IMG/VR virus record: IMGVR_UViG_3300045988_141072
Location: 1-64,000 of that record
Reading direction: 5' to 3' (one strand)
DNA: 64,000 nucleotides
DNA from: a virus
Shown here: one piece after another, positions 61,368 through 64,000 of the stretch
Layout: each line of letters begins with the position of its first letter
How positions within the stretch are numbered: position 1 is the first letter of the stretch
Notes under the pieces: model-generated
Seen by the model: only the letters and a program-made list of their open reading frames with translations
Databases searched by the model: none
What the model was told of the DNA's origin: nothing
Position numbers and translations under genes: made by a program

Positions 61368-62792
61368 TTAAACATCCAAAGGTATCTGTAAGTCTATTGG
61401 AAAGTTATATACTTGTCCACCAGATAAGTTATCTTGTCTACGACCAAGATATACACCACCGTCTGTAGTAACATATACAACATAACAAGATCTACCTGTT
61501 CCCATGCAAACAGTAGGAGTATTTTTACTTGGTCTATAATCAACTGGTAAATCAAATAATTTTAGCCACGTACTAAAAGACCCACTACTTGTAACCGCTC
61601 TATTAATAGATTGGCACAAAGGAGATTGAACTGATACATTTTTTAAGTTAATATTGATTTGACCACGAATACACAGCCAATTGTTTTTCTTTTTATACTG
61701 AATTGGAAAATCAGGATTTTCAGTTAGAATATTGTTATATCCTATTAAACTAGCAGAATTCCATGTTGTATATTTTGAACCAACTTTAAATAGAATATCC
61801 CCCAAAATCTCATGCAATGTATCTTCTACAGTTTTACTCATTAAATAAACCTGATCATCACCAACACCTGTATTTACAATATTTTTATAAGCATAAACAA
61901 CATCTTTTGCAGAAGATGAAATATTTTGAAAGCCGTTGGGCAGGACGCTTAATTCTGTTCCATCACTATCATATACGATATAACCTGCATCTCCATAGGT
62001 TGCAGATAATGACAAAGCCTTAGAATCATATACATATATATATGTTTTGTATGATGTAACTGCTGAAGTTATATAATTTACATCGTTGTGATTTGTTGCA
62101 AAAAACCGATCTCCAATTTTGAAAAAATCAATATTTTTATCTCCGGTGTTTAATGTTTTAATTATGAACACATCGCCATCTTTTAATTCATCCACAGTAT
62201 TTATATCATTAAACTCATAGTAATATGAATTAGCACCGAACGTGATTTTAGTACGAATTACAATACCTACTGTACCGCCCGTACCATATACATAATAATC
62301 AAACTTATTACTTTCACCAATTTCAGCTATGTCATTATCTGAAATCTCATAGTAGTATACATTATTTTTCGTAGATATATTGGTAAAAATAGTTAAATAA
62401 CTACCATTTTCCTGTTTAACATCTATTTTCTGAATTTCTGTCGGTTCTGTATTTTTTAAATATACAACAACATCGTTTGTTCTTAATATAGCATCTATTT
62501 TTTTAAAATCTTCTGTTGATATATTAGAATCACAAAACATTATCTGATTCTTGGTTGTAACTGTATAATTTTTTAAATCCAATACATAATTTGTAATTTC
62601 TCTTTTCCAATTAGCATCGGTAACAACTTTAAAAATTACATCTCCATTTTGCTTTACATAATCAGAAACCTCACTAAAATCTCCGGTTGTCATAGCAGAT
62701 GTTAATTTATCTTCATAGGTCTTAATTATCTGGTAATTATCAGCGTTAATGTCTTGAAAATCTGTTCTTAAATTACTTATAGGATAACCCAT
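61368..62792 (-). CDS. hypothetical tail/baseplate structural protein
   Basis: ORF track; SD is AGGAGGAAA; lies in the tail-fibre operon. Confidence 0.55.
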   Translation of the reverse strand: MGYPISNLRTDFQDINADNYQIIKTYEDKLTSAMTTGDFSEVSDYVKQNGDVIFKVVTDANWKREITNYVLDLKNYTVTTKNQIMFCDSNISTEDFKKIDAILRTNDVVVYLKNTEPTEIQKIDVKQENGSYLTIFTNISTKNNVYYYEISDNDIAEIGESNKFDYYVYGTGGTVGIVIRTKITFGANSYYYEFNDINTVDELKDGDVFIIKTLNTGDKNIDFFKIGDRFFATNHNDVNYITSAVTSYKTYIYVYDSKALSLSATYGDAGYIVYDSDGTELSVLPNGFQNISSSAKDVVYAYKNIVNTGVGDDQVYLMSKTVEDTLHEILGDILFKVGSKYTTWNSASLIGYNNILTENPDFPIQYKKKNNWLCIRGQININLKNVSVQSPLCQSINRAVTSSGSFSTWLKLFDLPVDYRPSKNTPTVCMGTGRSCYVVYVTTDGGVYLGRRQDNLSGGQVYNFPIDLQIPLDV

Positions 62793-62806
62793 TTTTTATT
62801 TCCTCC

Positions 62807-64000
62807 TTATTTATTTTTTACGATTGTTGGGTATGCAGAGTAGAATTTGTGCATTTGAATAGAAGTAGTATATGAATCAAATGAATGACTTACTTTGTCT
62901 ATTATATATTCAGCGGTTTCACCTGTTCTTATTGATTTGTATTGAACCTTAATATTTTCATATAAGAAAGGTATTAATACTGTGTTAATTGTTATAGAAT
63001 CGGTCAGCCTAGCACTTTTCCATACTTCATATTCTGCACGTTGTCGAGCTAAATCAGTTGTATATATAGCTTCATATTCTTCATCTGACAATACCTTAAT
63101 TAATTCTCCAACTTCATTAACAGAATAAGGAGAAGATTGTTCTATGTATTTTTCATACTGTTCACCTTCGTTAGTATAAAAGATTCTGTTTCCACTAGAA
63201 TATATATAACTAATTTGGTTACAGTTATAATGTTTTTTATAATTTTCCTTTTCTTTATCAGTAGGCTCTTTGTCTACAATCATAGCAATTGCATGAACCT
63301 GAAATTCCCCATTGAAAATTGCGTAACAAGTATCAAGAGTATATTTTGGCGTAAAACAATAACCAACACCATTAATAATCTCGTCTATTGTTGTTCTGTT
63401 TTTATTTGTTGCATCTGCAATAAGTAAAATCTCATCTAAATTTTCATCAGAAGTTTTATTGTAATTAACCCTTACATATATAGGAATATTATAAGTTTTA
63501 ATTAATCTACGATCATCATCTGAAATATTGGGACAAGTAAAACCAATTAATTCATTTGTATATACATATGGAGAATTATGCTTGCCCGTTGAATCACAAG
63601 CATACAAGGATAGTGATAAGTCAAGAATACATTTATTATTCAACAGGTCAAGAGTATAAGTAGGAGTATCATCGTATCTATCGGTTTCCTGATTTTTACC
63701 CCAAACTTCAACCACATTTTTGATTGAATTCAATTCATATGTATCCTTTTCTGAAATTACTATGCTGTCAAATACATCTGCTGTAAGTAAACATTCATTA
63801 TCCTCACAGGTCGGAATTTTAGAACAAATAAAATTACCATAAACATCAAAAAATGCTTCCCAACCTGAATATAAATCTCTCAATTTTGAAATAACTTCCC
63901 AATTTGTTACGCCTGTAGAAAATGTCAAATCATATGGAATATATGTAGCATTGCTTCCGTCAACGTTAGTAACATCGGCACCAATGTTATCAATCATATA
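62807..64000 (-). CDS. tail/baseplate structural protein, probably truncated by the window edge
   Basis: ORF track 62807-63997. The frame is still open at the window end, so the ATG at 63997 may be internal. Confidence 0.55.
   Translation of the reverse strand, partial: YMIDNIGADVTNVDGSNATYIPYDLTFSTGVTNWEVISKLRDLYSGWEAFFDVYGNFICSKIPTCEDNECLLTADVFDSIVISEKDTYELNSIKNVVEVWGKNQETDRYDDTPTYTLDLLNNKCILDLSLSLYACDSTGKHNSPYVYTNELIGFTCPNISDDDRRLIKTYNIPIYVRVNYNKTSDENLDEILLIADATNKNRTTIDEIINGVGYCFTPKYTLDTCYAIFNGEFQVHAIAMIVDKEPTDKEKENYKKHYNCNQISYIYSSGNRIFYTNEGEQYEKYIEQSSPYSVNEVGELIKVLSDEEYEAIYTTDLARQRAEYEVWKSARLTDSITINTVLIPFLYENIKVQYKSIRTGETAEYIIDKVSHSFDSYTTSIQMHKFYSAYPTIVKNK

Noticed and set aside
55850-63427. 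Plus-strand ORFs inside the minus-strand late genes (55850-56104, 57058-57309, 58936-59145, 59328-59546, 59662-59865, 60324-60536, 60823-61011, 61817-62023, 63137-63427)
   Set aside because: All are antisense shadows of long structural genes that have recognisable domains.
1-64000. tRNA, rRNA and tmRNA genes
   Set aside because: I saw no cloverleaf-compatible segment with a T-loop GTTCGAATC-type motif, and no rRNA-like conserved block, in any intergenic region. A tRNAscan run would be the decisive check.

Overview
AT-rich 64-kb window that reads as one large temperate tailed phage of a low-GC Firmicute, in its non-integrated configuration: phage genes lie on both sides of an xis-attP-int junction. 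About 80 tightly packed + strand genes fill 1-53.8 kb. They comprise many small early or accessory ORFs; an RNA-repair pair (Rnl5-like RNA ligase plus kinase-HD end-healing enzyme); a GNAT-like protein; a PP-loop (PAPS-reductase-like) protein; LemA plus a 2-TM protein; an orphan radical-SAM enzyme; a PcfJ-like protein; two N6-adenine methyltransferases; and YopX. Next comes a complete replication block (SSB-like, AAA ATPase, DnaB-like helicase, TOPRIM primase, RecJ-like DHH exonuclease, DnaE-type Pol III alpha, RecD-like helicase). After that come a degenerate ThyX-like protein, an HNH-AP2 homing endonuclease, NAD-dependent ligase, a kinase plus deoxyribosyltransferase pair, intein-containing nrdD, nrdG, dut, xis and a tyrosine integrase. 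At about 53.83 kb this block converges on a - strand late block: NlpC/P60 endolysin, two SGNH esterase-containing proteins, a BspA-type LRR protein, and collagen-like and Ig-repeat tail-fibre proteins. I saw no rRNA, tRNA or CRISPR array. I cannot demonstrate a discrete new multigene defence-type system. The strongest unexplained signal is non-coding: a layered set of + strand intergenic motifs. These are AGAGAATAA/GGAGAATAA, a hairpin family ending in TTTCAGAG, an AAGGAAA-N6-TTTCNTTGG dyad, and two duplicated TATA-rich dyad cassettes. Together they look like a phage-specific regulatory code. Other leads are the RNA-repair module, the PP-loop/LemA/radical-SAM cluster, the ThyX-like protein lacking its RHR motif, candidate -1 frameshift and non-AUG start sites, and an attP region carrying a host-like gene 3-prime end. 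All family calls come from motif recognition by eye; no searches were run.
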